Origin: an uncultured Verrucomicrobiae bacterium
GTDB taxonomy: Bacteria; Verrucomicrobiota; Verrucomicrobiia; Chthoniobacterales; Terrimicrobiaceae
NCBI GenBank assembly: GCA_963706955.1
Contig: CAVPOC010000002.1
Coordinates: 224,001 to 288,000 of the forward strand
Length of the DNA stretch: 64,000 nt
Reading direction: 5' to 3'
The position numbers were made by a program, and so were the translations under genes. This document shows positions 42,234 to 53,879 of the stretch, one piece after another. The notes under the pieces were generated by a model, which was given only the letters and a program-made list of their open reading frames with translations, was not told where the DNA came from and did not search any database. Position 1 is the stretch's first letter, and each line of letters opens with the position of its first letter.

Positions 42234-43861
42234 TCACTTCTGCGTTTTTTGTCCGGCGAGCGCTGCCGCATCACGCGCCCACATCTGCCCGCGATATGGA
42301 ACTGCGGAGAGGGAAGCATTCGCCGGAAGCAGGTCGGACCCCCACGTGCGCCATCGACCCGACCAGCCGGCAGCCGGCAGCACCGTCCGGCCGATATCCA
42401 GGAACGAAGCATAACGTTGATCGATACGCGGTGGCATATCGGCCCCGAGGATCAGCAACGGCACATACTCGCGCTGCACACCGTCCACCCGTTCGATCGT
42501 GCTGGATGGCAGCGCTGCCGCATGGTCGCCGAAGAGCACCGCGAATCCGGAGGGAGCACGTTGGAAGAAGCCGTTGAGTAGCCGATCGAGCTGCGCATCG
42601 ACGCATGCCAACGCGTCATAGTAATCATTGCCGCTACGAGGTCCCGACCACCAGGCACGATGGTGGGTGAATGGCGCGTGGCTCGTCATAGTGACCACGT
42701 GCAGCACGAAGGGTGACGGGAGCGAAGGCAGACGCGCGAGAACCGCATCGACCAGCTCGCTATCCCGGGCGCCGAATTCGCGCGGGTGCTCGATGAGCCC
42801 GAGGCCGTCGAGATCCCATAGTTCGTAGCCGAGGTGTGGCATCACCTGTGCGAAATTGAAGTAGGTTCCAGGCAAGCCGTGCGCCAGGGCCGCGGACCAG
42901 CCCGCCTCGCGCAGGCGGCGGACCCACGAATTCGGCCACGAATATTCAGATTGGTCGAAGGAAACCGCATCCCAGAGCGGTTCGCAGCCTTCGACGACGG
43001 CCACATCGCAATCGGAGGAGCCGCCGGGTCCGTGATAGGCGAGGCAACGTGGATAATAGACAGCGCTCGGAATGCGCGCGGCCAGCAGTGGCATGGCCCG
43101 TTCAATGCCGCCAACGTCAAGCGATTCGACCTGCACCAGAAGCACGTCGCGACGCTCCGTCGTCGCGGGGGTGATCGCGACTTCGGGACCATAAAGGAAG
43201 TCCGAGGAGCGGTTCTGCGTTCCGGCCTTGACCACTTGAATCGGCAGCAAACCCAAATCAGCGATGAAGACCGCTGGAGCGGTGTAACGATTGTCGCGTT
43301 CGGCGGCCGCCCACTCCAACGAACGTTGGGCTTGCGCGGTTAAGAACGCGAGTAACGCGAACTGGGGGACCGCCGCCACCGCTGACCACCGCCACCGCCA
43401 GCGTCTGCGATCCATGATACACCACGCCAGCACGAAAGGAAGGTCGACCAGCAGCCAGAGCATGCCGATATCCAGGGGCAACCCGGCGTGGCGCACCGCG
43501 GTGGCGCCTTCCACAATGACGCTCGCAGTAGTCGCGAAGGTCAGATAGAGGCCGAAATAGACGAAGTAGCTCCAGCAGATTACTAGATACACCGTTTGCA
43601 GCAGCCAAGCTCCGACCACCCCGAAATGCCGAGCCCGCGGGCCATCCACCACCACAATCCAGCTTGAAGGATGCTGACCAGGAGACCTAGCGTCCCGGGT
43701 CCAAACCCAAACGAGAGAGCATTCAAGAAGGCGGCGAATTTGGCCGTGGTCGCCAGAACGAGAAGAACGAACAGCCAGGATGGGCGCCAGTTCCCCGCAA
43801 GGAGGCCTGCTTGCGAGTGCCCGCTCATCCTCATTTCATGGGGACGTAGTGAGGCGCTCAT
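42234..43861 (-). CDS. Membrane-anchored sulfatase/LTA-synthase-like protein (frameshift near 43655)
   Basis: N-terminal TM helices; VQVESL, GGSSDCD, TMTSHAPF, FGDH, VPLLI motifs. Confidence 0.82.
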
Positions 43862-44144
43862 TTGTGGGTCATCGATACGAAATCGCCTGCGGGGACTGAG
43901 GCGGTCTTACGAGGGATCGTCGTCGGGAAGGTATGGATGCAAACTGATAAAAGCCAGCTCGAAGTGCGAAGTCACCGGCGCTTTGATAGCGCCGCTTTCG
44001 ATTTCACCTGACGCTGCAAAGACCAGACTATTCTTCTATCTAAATAATACGCATTTACCGATTCACAGACGATCTGTGTTAATCTGTGGACCTGCTGGAG
44101 ACTGAGCGAGGTCCCTGAAATCTGCCGTTCGGCAACGATATGAC

Positions 44145-44969
44145 ATGCTGAAAATGCCCTTTATGAAAGTTCCCCATAGATTTCTCGTCCTAGCGGTGGT
44201 CGCTCTCCTGGGAAGCCCGGTGGGGGTAAGGGCGGGGGACAGCGCAGCGGCCAAAAATGTCGAGATCAAATTCGTTGTCCGAGTCTCTCAGGTTCAGATG
44301 GCCCTCCAAGCACTTGGGCTCGACCCGGCTGAGGCCGAGAAGAAGACCGCTTATTTTTTCGACACGAAAGATCTCTCACTTTTCCAGCAGGCGAATGCCA
44401 GAGTGATACTTCGAGCACGGACGACCGCTGGTGAAGAAGAAGGCGAGACAACCGTTAAGCTAAGATCAACGGGGAGGTTGGAGATCGAGGAGGAATGGAT
44501 GCAAAAGAGGCGGAAGGGCGAAAGACTGGATCGAAAGTTCGAAAAGGATCAGGTGGTGGGGAGGCCAGCGGTGGAGGCGTACTCACTCGACGACAAGGAG
44601 GATTTGAAGGCGATTGAAAATGCTGTCGCCGGCCGGCAATCCGTGAAGAAGATCTTCTCCGCCAACCAGGAGGATCTGGTCGAAGCGAAGACCAAACCGA
44701 GGCTCGATTGGGATAAACTTCTGGCGCTCGGTCCGGTCAAGGTGATGAAGTGGGAATTCAAGGCACAAGGGCTCGACCTGGTTGCGGAGCGCTGGGACTT
44801 TGGCGATCACGCGCCAACGTTGGAAATTTCAACCAAGGCGGATGCGTCAGACGCTGAAGAGACGAAGAAGAAGCTGGTCGCTTTCCTCCATGACAAGGGA
44901 CTTCGACAGGATCCGCATCCGGAAACGAAGACCAAGGAGGTCCTCGAATATTTCTCTTCCAGGAATTGA
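44145..44969 (+). CDS. CYTH-like domain protein with signal peptide
   Basis: EIK, YFFDT.DL.L, ILRAR, TVKLR, AERW, LEISTK, KT...L.YF pattern. Confidence 0.65.
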   Translation: MLKMPFMKVPHRFLVLAVVALLGSPVGVRAGDSAAAKNVEIKFVVRVSQVQMALQALGLDPAEAEKKTAYFFDTKDLSLFQQANARVILRARTTAGEEEGETTVKLRSTGRLEIEEEWMQKRRKGERLDRKFEKDQVVGRPAVEAYSLDDKEDLKAIENAVAGRQSVKKIFSANQEDLVEAKTKPRLDWDKLLALGPVKVMKWEFKAQGLDLVAERWDFGDHAPTLEISTKADASDAEETKKKLVAFLHDKGLRQDPHPETKTKEVLEYFSSRN

Positions 44970-44995
44970 GCTAGACTTCGCGACTGAGCGCGCCC

Positions 44996-45081
44996 TGCAG
45001 CGACCGTGTCCCACGGCCCGAGGGCCCTTCGACCGTGGAGGCACCGCTACCGCAACGATCGGCGGTGGGGACACCGCTACA
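44996..45081. repeat. Degenerate GTAG-type REP cluster
   Basis: GCGACCGTGTCCCACGG ... CGACCGTGGAGGCACCGCTAC ... CGGCGGTGGGGACACCGCTACA. Confidence 0.65.
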
Positions 45082-45395
45082 ACAACAACGATCGCGAGGT
45101 TCCATCATCCTGGATGCGGATGGGCCTTCACGTCGTTCCGTCCAGGCCGGCTGGTTTCTAGGCTAGCCTAACCGAATCGAAGTTGGAGGAGACTAAGATC
45201 GCAGGAAAACTGCCCGCTGGACCAGCGATGCAAGCTCGGCGAAGCGACGAAAATCGACTGGGGCTTTCCGCACGATTTCCTGATCAACGATTTTGTGCTG
45301 CGGATGCTGTTCGGTCGGTCATAGTGCGTCCATCGATAATCACCGCCGATAAGCGAAACGTAGATTCGCCGCGAACGGGGACGCGGGGATCACCT

Positions 45396-45998
45396 TCACA
45401 GCGCCGCGAGCCACAATGCGGTCGCAGCCAGAAGCACGCCCATGGCAACGTTAAAAATTCGCATACGTGGGCCGACGCTGAGCCAGTGTCGCAGGGCGAA
45501 GCCAACCCACGCCCAGGTGATAAGACTGCCCATTGCAGCAATCGAAAACACGATGACAATAATCGCAATGCTAACGAATGTCGCATGGTTCGTCATGAAC
45601 GATCCGGCTGTCGCCGCAGCGAGCATCCATGCCTTCGGGTTGGCATACTGAAAGGCAGCGGACTGCCAGAACGAAAGCGGTTTCATGGTGGTCCCTTCGG
45701 ACTCTTCGCCGATCACATTCGGGCGCGCGAGCTGCCAGGCGATGAAAAGGAGATAGGCAATGCCGGCCCACTTGATCAAGGCTGCGATAAATGGATAGGT
45801 GAGCAAGAGAGCCGCGACGCCGACAGTGCCGGCGATCAGCATGCTTGCAAATCCAAACGGCACTCCAAATATGTGCGGCAGTGCGGCGCGAAAACCGTGA
45901 TTCGCGCCTGTCACCGTTGCGATCATGTTGTTGGGTCCCGGCGTGAAGGAACCTACGAACGCCAGTATTGCCAGCGCGAGCAGTTGTTCGAACGGCAT
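45396..45998 (-). CDS. LysE family translocator
   Basis: TPGPNN, G.AYLL.IAW, FQYANPKAW. Confidence 0.92.
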   Translation of the reverse strand: MPFEQLLALAILAFVGSFTPGPNNMIATVTGANHGFRAALPHIFGVPFGFASMLIAGTVGVAALLLTYPFIAALIKWAGIAYLLFIAWQLARPNVIGEESEGTTMKPLSFWQSAAFQYANPKAWMLAAATAGSFMTNHATFVSIAIIVIVFSIAAMGSLITWAWVGFALRHWLSVGPRMRIFNVAMGVLLAATALWLAAL

Positions 45999-46335
45999 AG
46001 CGAATTTTACTCGGTGCTGTGAACCACTCGTCAAGCGGGCACCTGGTCCAGACATGCGGAGGGGATCAAGCGCCAACAGCGCGATTAGATTCAAATGGGG
46101 AAAGCCGAGCTCAGAGTCCTTTCGAAGCAATATCGGAGGCGGTGCGCATCTTGGACCCTGGTCTGTAGGAGGCTAATTACAAGCGCCTTGTGCACTAAGG
46201 TTCTTGCCATACCTACTCATCCAGGCAATTCGGAGCCGAACAAAGTAGCGTCGAAGAATTACTTGGGAATGACTTTTAGCATGACAATCTTCAAGCCTTG
46301 TTACACAAAAGCGCGCGCCAAATCGCATCGCATTA

Positions 46336-47164
46336 ATGAAGACCGAAGACCGGACACTCTCGCCGAAGCACAAGCGATCCTGTCGGGCTTGGCCGCACTA
46401 CGAAGTGTCCCGGCTGCTGGACGCGATTGAATGCCTTCACGCCCAGGATAGCCTGACGACCTTTCACCTGGGAGTATTCAAGGCTATCGCCGCCTTAGTG
46501 GAGGATGTTGAGCTCACGATGGATCGAATACCGCTCGTGGATGGCAAGCTTGAAAGTCGACACACTCAAGAGGGCGTTCGTGACGCAGGAACAGCAATCT
46601 TTACTAGTGAAATTGATTCCGCAGAACCCTATGTTACCGGCGGTTTCCCATGGTGCCAGGGGTTTGATGACAATTACAGATTTCGTTACGCAACGCGAGT
46701 TCGAACGCACCGGGCTCTACAATGAGGTTTGGCGACCCTACAACATACGTTTCGAATGGGCAATTCCCCTGGAACTCCGCGGCAATGTCGTGATGGTCAC
46801 CGTAAATCGTGGTTCGCGCTTTTTGCCAGGCGAGGTTCAAAAACTTCGCTTGCTCTCCCCGCATCTGGCTCAGGCGCACTTGAAAGCTCAAACCTTGGCG
46901 AGACTTCAAGGTTTGGCGTCCGAGGTTCCGCGACCTGCACTGCTTCGAAAGCTCGGTCTTACCACGCAGGAATCTCATATTATGCATTGGTTGATTCAAG
47001 GAAAGCGCAACAGCGAGATCGCTTCAATTTTGAGTTCAAAGACGCGGACTGTGCAGAAGCATGTTCAAAACATTTTCAATAAGTTAGGTGTTGAGACTCG
47101 GACCGCGGCTGCGCTTCTTGCCCTAGAGAACTGCGCCGAAAGGCAGATAGCGTCGCGTAGCTAG
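46336..47164 (+). CDS. LuxR-type HTH transcriptional regulator (frameshift)
   Basis: C-terminal GLTTQE..IMHWLIQGKRNSEIA..L....RTVQKHVQNIFNKLGVETRTAA. Confidence 0.88.
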
Positions 47165-47699
47165 AAACGAACTGTGCAGTTAAGCGTTGCATTCCGCAGA
47201 ATCGCGATCGAGCACCTGATTAGCAAGCGGCACTTTTATATCTTCGACTCTGAGTTCTTCGGAGGGCTCACACTTCTCTTTCGCCGGACGCTACGATGTT
47301 AGGAGTACTCGGCGCAAAGTTCGATGGCCTTGCAGTGAAATCCTATTCCAGAACCCGGTATCGAGGAAGTCGTTAAGCGAGTCGATGCCGTCTCGATCTG
47401 GGCGAATCGCGGAGGACTTTTGCATTGCAATACGCATTCTGACGTATAGCTGAGCTCGGATGCGTGTGATAACGGTGAGAGAAGCGTTGTTTAAAGAGCG
47501 CAAAACATCACAACAAAGAAACGCAGCAATGTTTGTTACATGCTTCCGAGTCAGTGCTGTCAGTGCAACGGCTTACTACCTCGCGATGGTAATTCTTAAA
47601 ATATTACTCAGGAAACCCGCCTCGGACTCCTAGCGGTGCTATAAGACTCGTCACCTTAACTAAGCGCGCGAAAGCTGCCGTGCTCAAGGAGAGTTAGGT

Positions 47700-48738
47700 A
47701 TGATAGTTCTCGTCATTACCATCAGCATAACAGTTGTCTGCGTTGTGCTGCTGATCGGCGAAGTCCGAAGGCACCGAGCGATGGGCACGAACAAACAGGG
47801 AGAATTGCCTCCGAGCCAGACTTTCAAGAGCTCGCGAGTTAATTCGTGGAGCATGGCATGGATGATCTCTCTGACAGTTCTATGTCTTAGCATAGTTGCC
47901 TACGGCTGGCTGTATCCAAGGGCTCTATTCCTGACAATCGTGCCGAGCCCGGCCTTTATTACTCCTGCGTATCTCCAAGCCTACAACGTGAGCTGCGGAG
48001 TGCTCATCTGGCTCGTTTTCAGAAGCACGATCGGCCGAAATCAGGGCGAACTGAAGAGTGTCATTTCGCTGCTGGCGATTTCCGGGTCAGTGCTTGCTAC
48101 CGTACTCATCAGCAATCGGGAAGCCAGCATCGCGATGGAAGAGATTCAGAGACACGTGTCGTCACTGGCAAGCTCGGGCGGTGAGGCGAACTCCACTGTC
48201 ACCCGGGCACGAGGCGAGTTCGGCGAGATTGAGCGCTTCTTCAAGACGCAGCTTTCCGAAATGGCGTCTCTGACCAAAGACTATGAACGGAAACTCGCTG
48301 CAATCGGTTGGGAGACGATTCTCGACCCAGAGAGCCTCGGGCGCGACCCGACTCTGATCATGAGTGATTCGATCGTAGAAAACGCTAAAAAGATCGTCGC
48401 AGATCAAAAGACTTCGACCTACGACTTGTGTGAGGATAGCAAGCAAGCGGTTTGGGACATACCGATAAGCGAATGGGCGAAACAACATATGGTCAATGAT
48501 CTCCGTCAGCTCTTGGAGGAGATGCATGCGGCGCTCGACGAGCGATGGAGATTGGGAAGCTCAAATCATTGCAGTGGTTGAGCAAGTCGTTGCTTGGCTC
48601 TCTTCGAGGCCCGATGCATGGAGCGTCGAAAATGGCGTTTTGGTGTTTGCTAACGAGAGCGACCTAAGCCAATTCAAATCCTACATGATCCAACTTGATA
48701 AGGTAACAAACCAACAAGGAGCGTGGAAACGACAGTAG
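47700..48738 (+). CDS. Hypothetical membrane protein (frameshift near 48555)
   Basis: Long ORF with several TM segments and a helical C-terminus; AGGAG upstream; continues in ORF 48496..48738. Confidence 0.6.
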
Positions 48739-48909
48739 CGGGCTGAACAAGGAGCTGAAAGCGCTGGAGTATTGAGAGTAAACTGCAACAGGCGACGGAG
48801 GCCGTATCCGGAAACAAGAGGAGGTCGAATGCTTTGCTTTCAGGGATCAAGCTAACTCAGCCGACTTTATTCGTGACCTTTGCGGACCTAAGTCCCGATT
48901 GCCGGAAAT

Positions 48910-49323
48910 TTATCTTTCGGAGATATTCTCCAGGAGGGCCTCGAGGAACAGCGCTCGTTCTTTAGTAATTTCCATCACCCTTGATGCGGAAACGGGTCTC
49001 CACATCGTTCCTTCCATTCTCGAATAAGTAGCTTCGATGGAGGCAATCTGAAGGTCACGGTAGTTAACCCATGCCTTTTGCGCCGCAACGAGGGATTTCC
49101 ATTCGTCCGGTTCCATCGCCTTCCTGAGAGAGGTATAAAGGGAGTTCATCCTCTTGTCCCATTGAACGTCGGCATCGGAAATGGCCTGGATCATGCCCGC
49201 AGTTGAAGGATCCTTTTCCATGGCGGCTTCCATGGCTCGATCGATTGGCTCCTGCTTGGCTGCATTTTCGCCAAAGAGAACCCCTGACGAGAAGATGAAG
49301 AGAGCCAAAAGATAATGTTTCAT
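48910..49323 (-). CDS. DUF1311/LprI lysozyme-inhibitor-like exported protein
   Basis: Signal peptide; STAGM, WDKRMN.LY, AQKAWV.YRD. Confidence 0.88.
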   Translation of the reverse strand: MKHYLLALFIFSSGVLFGENAAKQEPIDRAMEAAMEKDPSTAGMIQAISDADVQWDKRMNSLYTSLRKAMEPDEWKSLVAAQKAWVNYRDLQIASIEATYSRMEGTMWRPVSASRVMEITKERALFLEALLENISER

Positions 49324-49409
49324 GGCGCGCTTGATTTAGATCAGCCACTAGCCGGCGGCGTATTTTCTACTGGAGTGCGAAAAGGGCGGCCCCTTTTTTA
49401 ACATACTTA

Positions 49410-50009
49410 TTACGGGAGCACCTTCCTGTCTTTGTAGTAGTACTCCTTGTCGCGCTCATTAATTGGTCGCAAAACCCGGCATGGATTGCCTACGGCGACC
49501 ACATTTTCGGGGATATCTTTCGTGACCACACTACCCGCGCCGACGACGGAGTTCTTTCCTATGGTAACGCCAGGAAGGATGACAACATGTGCGCCTATCC
49601 AGACATCATCTCCTATCCTAATGGGAAACGAAAACTGTGTTCCGCCTCTGCGCAGATCGGGATGCACCGGATGCCCGGTGGGCGAAATCGTCACGTTGGG
49701 AGCTATTTGGACGTTATCACCAATGTAAATGTCGCCGTCATCAACAAGCACAAGATTGAAGTTGGCGTAAAATCCATCGCCGATGTGAACATGCTTGCCA
49801 TAAGCCATGTGAACTGGAGGTTCTATCCAGATGGAGTTTCCGCAGCTCCCGAGCAGTTGTTTGAGCAGGTCTCTTCGTTTTTGCCCATCACTTGGTCTGG
49901 TTAAATTATAATCATACGTCAGTTCTTTGCACCTCTCCCTCTCTTCATCAAGACCCTCGCCGAGATCTGTGTAGAGATGTCCCGCTTTCATTTTTTCACG
50001 TATCGTCAT
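49410..50009 (-). CDS. maa: Sugar O-acetyltransferase (maltose/galactoside type)
   Basis: EKMKAG.LY, IEPP..AYG, IGDDVWIG, VAVGNPCRV. Confidence 0.9.
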   Translation of the reverse strand: MTIREKMKAGHLYTDLGEGLDEERERCKELTYDYNLTRPSDGQKRRDLLKQLLGSCGNSIWIEPPVHMAYGKHVHIGDGFYANFNLVLVDDGDIYIGDNVQIAPNVTISPTGHPVHPDLRRGGTQFSFPIRIGDDVWIGAHVVILPGVTIGKNSVVGAGSVVTKDIPENVVAVGNPCRVLRPINERDKEYYYKDRKVLP

Positions 50010-50111
50010 ATGCGTTGTCCATTAGTGATAGGCCTAGAGCCTCTGCGTTAATCTTGTGACTACCGAACCGGCCTTAAGGCGTGCCAGCTTCCGGCGGGTT
50101 TGCTAACACGA

Positions 50112-50564
50112 TCAAGTCTTTGGCGGCCAATCGACGCCTTCCAGTTCCGGCGGAAGCTGGGTCGGCTCGACGGGATAGATCAGACTCATATTTCCGACTT
50201 CGTGTGGCTCGAATTCCTTTTCTGGTGCACCCACGATCAGCCAAAGAACTTCTGAATCGGAATCATTGAAAACCTGCCGTAATACCGACGGCCCGACCAA
50301 AACGCCGCCGAGCGGCGGGATGGTTATCGTCTCTTCACCAACCCGCATCCGTCCGATTCCCGCGATCACAAAATAGAATTCTTCTGCTCGCATGTGCTTG
50401 TGCAGCGTGTTCGCGCTTTTGGGCGGCAACCGCCACAGTCGCGCGCCAAGAATCTCGCTGCCGGTGCGCTCGAGATAATCCGCATTCGGGATGCGCATCA
50501 AGTTGGATGGGCGCCAAGTAAGCTGCTCGGACGTAATCAGACGATAACCCTCAATCGGTTTCAT
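50112..50564 (-). CDS. Cupin domain protein
   Basis: LHKH..AEEFYFV..G.GRMRV. Confidence 0.85.
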   Translation of the reverse strand: MKPIEGYRLITSEQLTWRPSNLMRIPNADYLERTGSEILGARLWRLPPKSANTLHKHMRAEEFYFVIAGIGRMRVGEETITIPPLGGVLVGPSVLRQVFNDSDSEVLWLIVGAPEKEFEPHEVGNMSLIYPVEPTQLPPELEGVDWPPKT

Positions 50565-50698
50565 AGCGGGTCTGACGTTGACCACTCACACCTTAAGAGT
50601 GCTGGCGCGCGTCGCGCGAAAGCACAGTGCCGCGAAAGGCGGGACGCCGAGAAGAGCGCCGCAGAGTTCATCGTCGGTGCATGGCCGAATGCAGGAGT

Positions 50699-51079
50699 TC
50701 AGTTTTGGTAATTTGAAATCTCAATCAGGTTGCCGTCCGGATCTCTGAGATAGATGGAACGTATCGGACCACAAGCTCCGGTTTTCGAAACCGGACCCTC
50801 GACGATCTCAATCCCATGACTCATGAGACTTGAAGTGACCGAGTCAATCGGCGTGTCTGAAATAAAGCACAGATCCGCAGAGCCTGACGTTGGACGCCTC
50901 GCCTTAGGCTCAAACTCCTTGCCTTCTTCATGCAGATTAATCTTCTGGCGGCCGAATGACAGGGCGACGCGTCCGGCGCCAAAAACGACTTTATCCATGC
51001 CAAGAATCTTCGTGTAAAAGGCTACCGATCGCGGGATATTCTTCACGGTCATGACAAGATGGTCGAGATGCGTGATCAC
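50699..51079 (-). CDS. VOC family protein
   Basis: LDHLVMTV, QKINLH, GSADLCF, YLRDPDGNLIEIS. Confidence 0.92.
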   Translation of the reverse strand: MITHLDHLVMTVKNIPRSVAFYTKILGMDKVVFGAGRVALSFGRQKINLHEEGKEFEPKARRPTSGSADLCFISDTPIDSVTSSLMSHGIEIVEGPVSKTGACGPIRSIYLRDPDGNLIEISNYQN

Positions 51080-51254
51080 TTGTTTTCAGCAAGAAAGTTC
51101 AAGGTAACTAGACAAAGTTGACCATAGTTGACCGTAATAGGAAGTAGGAACAAGGCATTAGCAGAAAGATAACGCTGGGAGGCTGCCGATTTGCTTCGAT
51201 CACCGCCGCTTTTCGTGGCCTTGTCCTGCGCCGGCGGCATGGGTAGGTTTTTCG

Positions 51255-52455
51255 GTGGGCTTTTACAGACCAACTGATACGCGCGCGTTGAGCGCACCTC
51301 TCATTCGAGCGCTTGCCCTGACAGGCTGCGGAACCGGCATGCCGCGCCCGTCAACGGAGAGCGATCCCGCCGTAGCCGAACGCCAGGCGCAGGTCTTCGT
51401 CGAGGCGTTGAAACCCCGCCGCGCAGGCAAGCCGGTGATCGCAATCGTCGCCTTGAATGAGGGCACCGAGATGACCGACTTCCTGCTGCCGCATGCAGTG
51501 CTGCAGCGTGCTGGCGTTGCCGACGTGAAACCGGTGGCGGCTCGCCGCGGTCGCGTGTTGTTGTATCCGGCGCTGCAGGTGGAGGTGGCGCAGGATCTCG
51601 CCAGCTTTGACCGGGCTTACCCCTCAGGCGCCGACTACGTGGTTGTTCCCGCGATGCGCGACGACAACAACCCTGCGATTACCGCCTGGTTGAAGCAGCA
51701 GGCGGATCGAGGCGCCCGCATCATCGGGGTCTGCGTGGGGGCGCTGGTTGTGGGCCGCTCCGGTCTCCTCAATGGGCGGCGCTGCACGACCCATTGGTAC
51801 TACCGCAGCACCTTGCGTAAGCGCCATCCCAGCGCCGTCTACGTGCCGCACCAGCGGTATGTCGTCGATGGTTTCGTCGCGACCACCACCGGCATTACCG
51901 CCTCGGTGCCAACCATGCTCGCTCTGGTGCAGGCGATCGGCGGACGCGACAAAGCCCAGGCGCTGGCTGCAGAGCTGGGGGTGGACTCATGGAGCCCGGC
52001 GCACGATAGCTCGCTCTTCGGGCTCACTGCCAGTCGGGCGTGGAGTTATTTGCTCAACAAGGCGGCCTTCTGGCGCCACGAGCGCTGGAGGGTCGATGTG
52101 TGGAACGGCATGGACGACATCGCACTCGCCTTCGCGGCCGATGCCTGGTCGCGCACCGGGCGGGTCAGCGTGGATGCCTCGGCTTCCGGTCCCGTCACCC
52201 TTCGCAGCGGGTTGGTGCTGGTGGCGGAGCCTGCTGCCTGAAGGGATACCGCGCTTGCCATTGACGACCGGACTCAAGCCGGTTCAGCAGCTTGAGCGGA
52301 CGTTGCGCGAGATCGCGGAACGCTTCGGCGAGGCGCGATCCGAGTGGGTCAAGATGGAACTCGAATATGCCGGCGCTACCAGCGGCATGACTATCGACCG
52401 GCCCCAAGGTCAACCGAGCCTCCCCAGCGACCCGTCCAGCCAGCCACCCGGATAG
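51255..52455 (+). CDS. DJ-1/PfpI family protein (frameshift near 52238, start uncertain)
   Basis: GTEMTDF, VVVPA, GVCVGA, TTHW, TTTGITAS. Confidence 0.85.
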
Positions 52456-52475
52456 TTACAGAGGACTGGGTATTC

Positions 52476-52500
52476 TGTAGCGACCATGTCCTCATGGTCG
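52476..52500 (+). repeat. GTAG-type REP
   Basis: TGTAGCGACCATGTCCTCATGGTCG. Confidence 0.72.
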
Positions 52501-52646
52501 AGGGGCTCTCTCGGCGGCGGGCCCACCTAGACGCGCTCTGTTCGGAGACGCCCCTGTTACAACAACGCGTTCCAAGCCTGTCGTCCGTTCAGCCGGCCGC
52601 TTCCGAGCAGGCCTTTACGCTGGCAATGGTGAAGCGAGATCTTCTT

Positions 52647-53060
52647 TCACTCCTGATTCGAAAGAAAGCCCCTGACAAACGCGTCGGTCTTTTCGAACCA
52701 GGCGTCGGCGAACTGACTGGCCACCTCACCACCGGTCTCAAAGCTGACCACAACAAGACCAGAACCAACTAAGCGAGCATCAAGATCGTGATAGATAAAA
52801 AGCGCGATATCCTGGGTAGATTGTTTTCCCCGGACCGTCGTTCGAAGCGAGCAGTAGCGCCCGAGCACAAGTCCTCGCGCCACCTGTGCCTCCACGCTGT
52901 CGGCCTTGCCCTTGGAGCCGTAGCCGATCACGCGCATGTATCGACAGATCTCCGAATAGCTTTCGAGGAAGAAGCAGGTGACGTCTTCGTCCGCATCAAC
53001 AAGCTCCGCGCGGTCTTGGTAAATACTAGTCGCCCAATCTTGATCCTGGCGGAGGCTCAT
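52647..53060 (-). CDS. Hypothetical protein
   Basis: 137-aa ORF with protein-like composition filling the gap; no family recognised. Confidence 0.5.
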   Translation of the reverse strand: MSLRQDQDWATSIYQDRAELVDADEDVTCFFLESYSEICRYMRVIGYGSKGKADSVEAQVARGLVLGRYCSLRTTVRGKQSTQDIALFIYHDLDARLVGSGLVVVSFETGGEVASQFADAWFEKTDAFVRGFLSNQE

Positions 53061-53225
53061 ACGAAAACGAAGTAGCTGTGTGAAGCGTCGCGTCGCGAGT
53101 CAGGTTCGCCGCTAATTCCAGAGTTGAGGCAACCCAATTTGCTTGACCTCCTTTGAACCCGCCGCTTGTCTTGCGGACCACGCGGGGCGAGAACGCGTGA
53201 GTCGCTCAGCCTTTTTCAACAATCT

Positions 53226-53810
53226 ATGTTCTCCTTTGATTCGCTCGGACACATCAATGTGGTCGTAACGGATCTCGAAGAGGCAACGCGATTCTATGAA
53301 GCGCTTTTCGGTGCCAGCGTCGAACAAACCTTCCCGCACTTTAAGAATGTGGGATTCGCGAGATCGGCGGGTTTTTTGGACGACGCGGAATCCGTCGATG
53401 TGAGCATTCGTTTCTTGAAGTTTTCCTTAAAGCGATCTGAGGATTTGTTTCTCGAGCTGTTTGTCTTTCACCATCCGGCGGGCCGCCAGGAGATCACCCC
53501 CAGGAAGACGAACGACGTCGGCGGCCCGAGGCATGTCTGCCTGCGGGTTACCAACATCGACGAAGTGTTCGCGCATGTGAAATCCATCGCTGGCGTGCAT
53601 TTGATCAACGAGTCGCCCGAGTATCGCCCATATTTCATCAGCCCGATCAAACCGCGCGCGATCGAGCTTCCCGATGCCGGAGGAGACACCGCGGACGCCA
53701 AGGAGGCGATTTGCGAAATCGTCAAAGCGATCCGCTTTTTTTACGCCATCGACCGCTATGGCATCGAGTGGGAGTTTGAGGAAGGACACGCTGACATTGG
53801 GACCGCCTGA
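53226..53810 (+). CDS. VOC family protein
   Basis: GHINVVVTDLEEA..FY, LELF, GPRHVCLRV, DRYGIEWE. Confidence 0.85.
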   Translation: MFSFDSLGHINVVVTDLEEATRFYEALFGASVEQTFPHFKNVGFARSAGFLDDAESVDVSIRFLKFSLKRSEDLFLELFVFHHPAGRQEITPRKTNDVGGPRHVCLRVTNIDEVFAHVKSIAGVHLINESPEYRPYFISPIKPRAIELPDAGGDTADAKEAICEIVKAIRFFYAIDRYGIEWEFEEGHADIGTA

Positions 53811-53879
53811 ACCGCCAAACTCCAGCGCACTACCGAATCGACGCTCTAACCATCTTGTAAATTCCACCCGGCATTCCGA

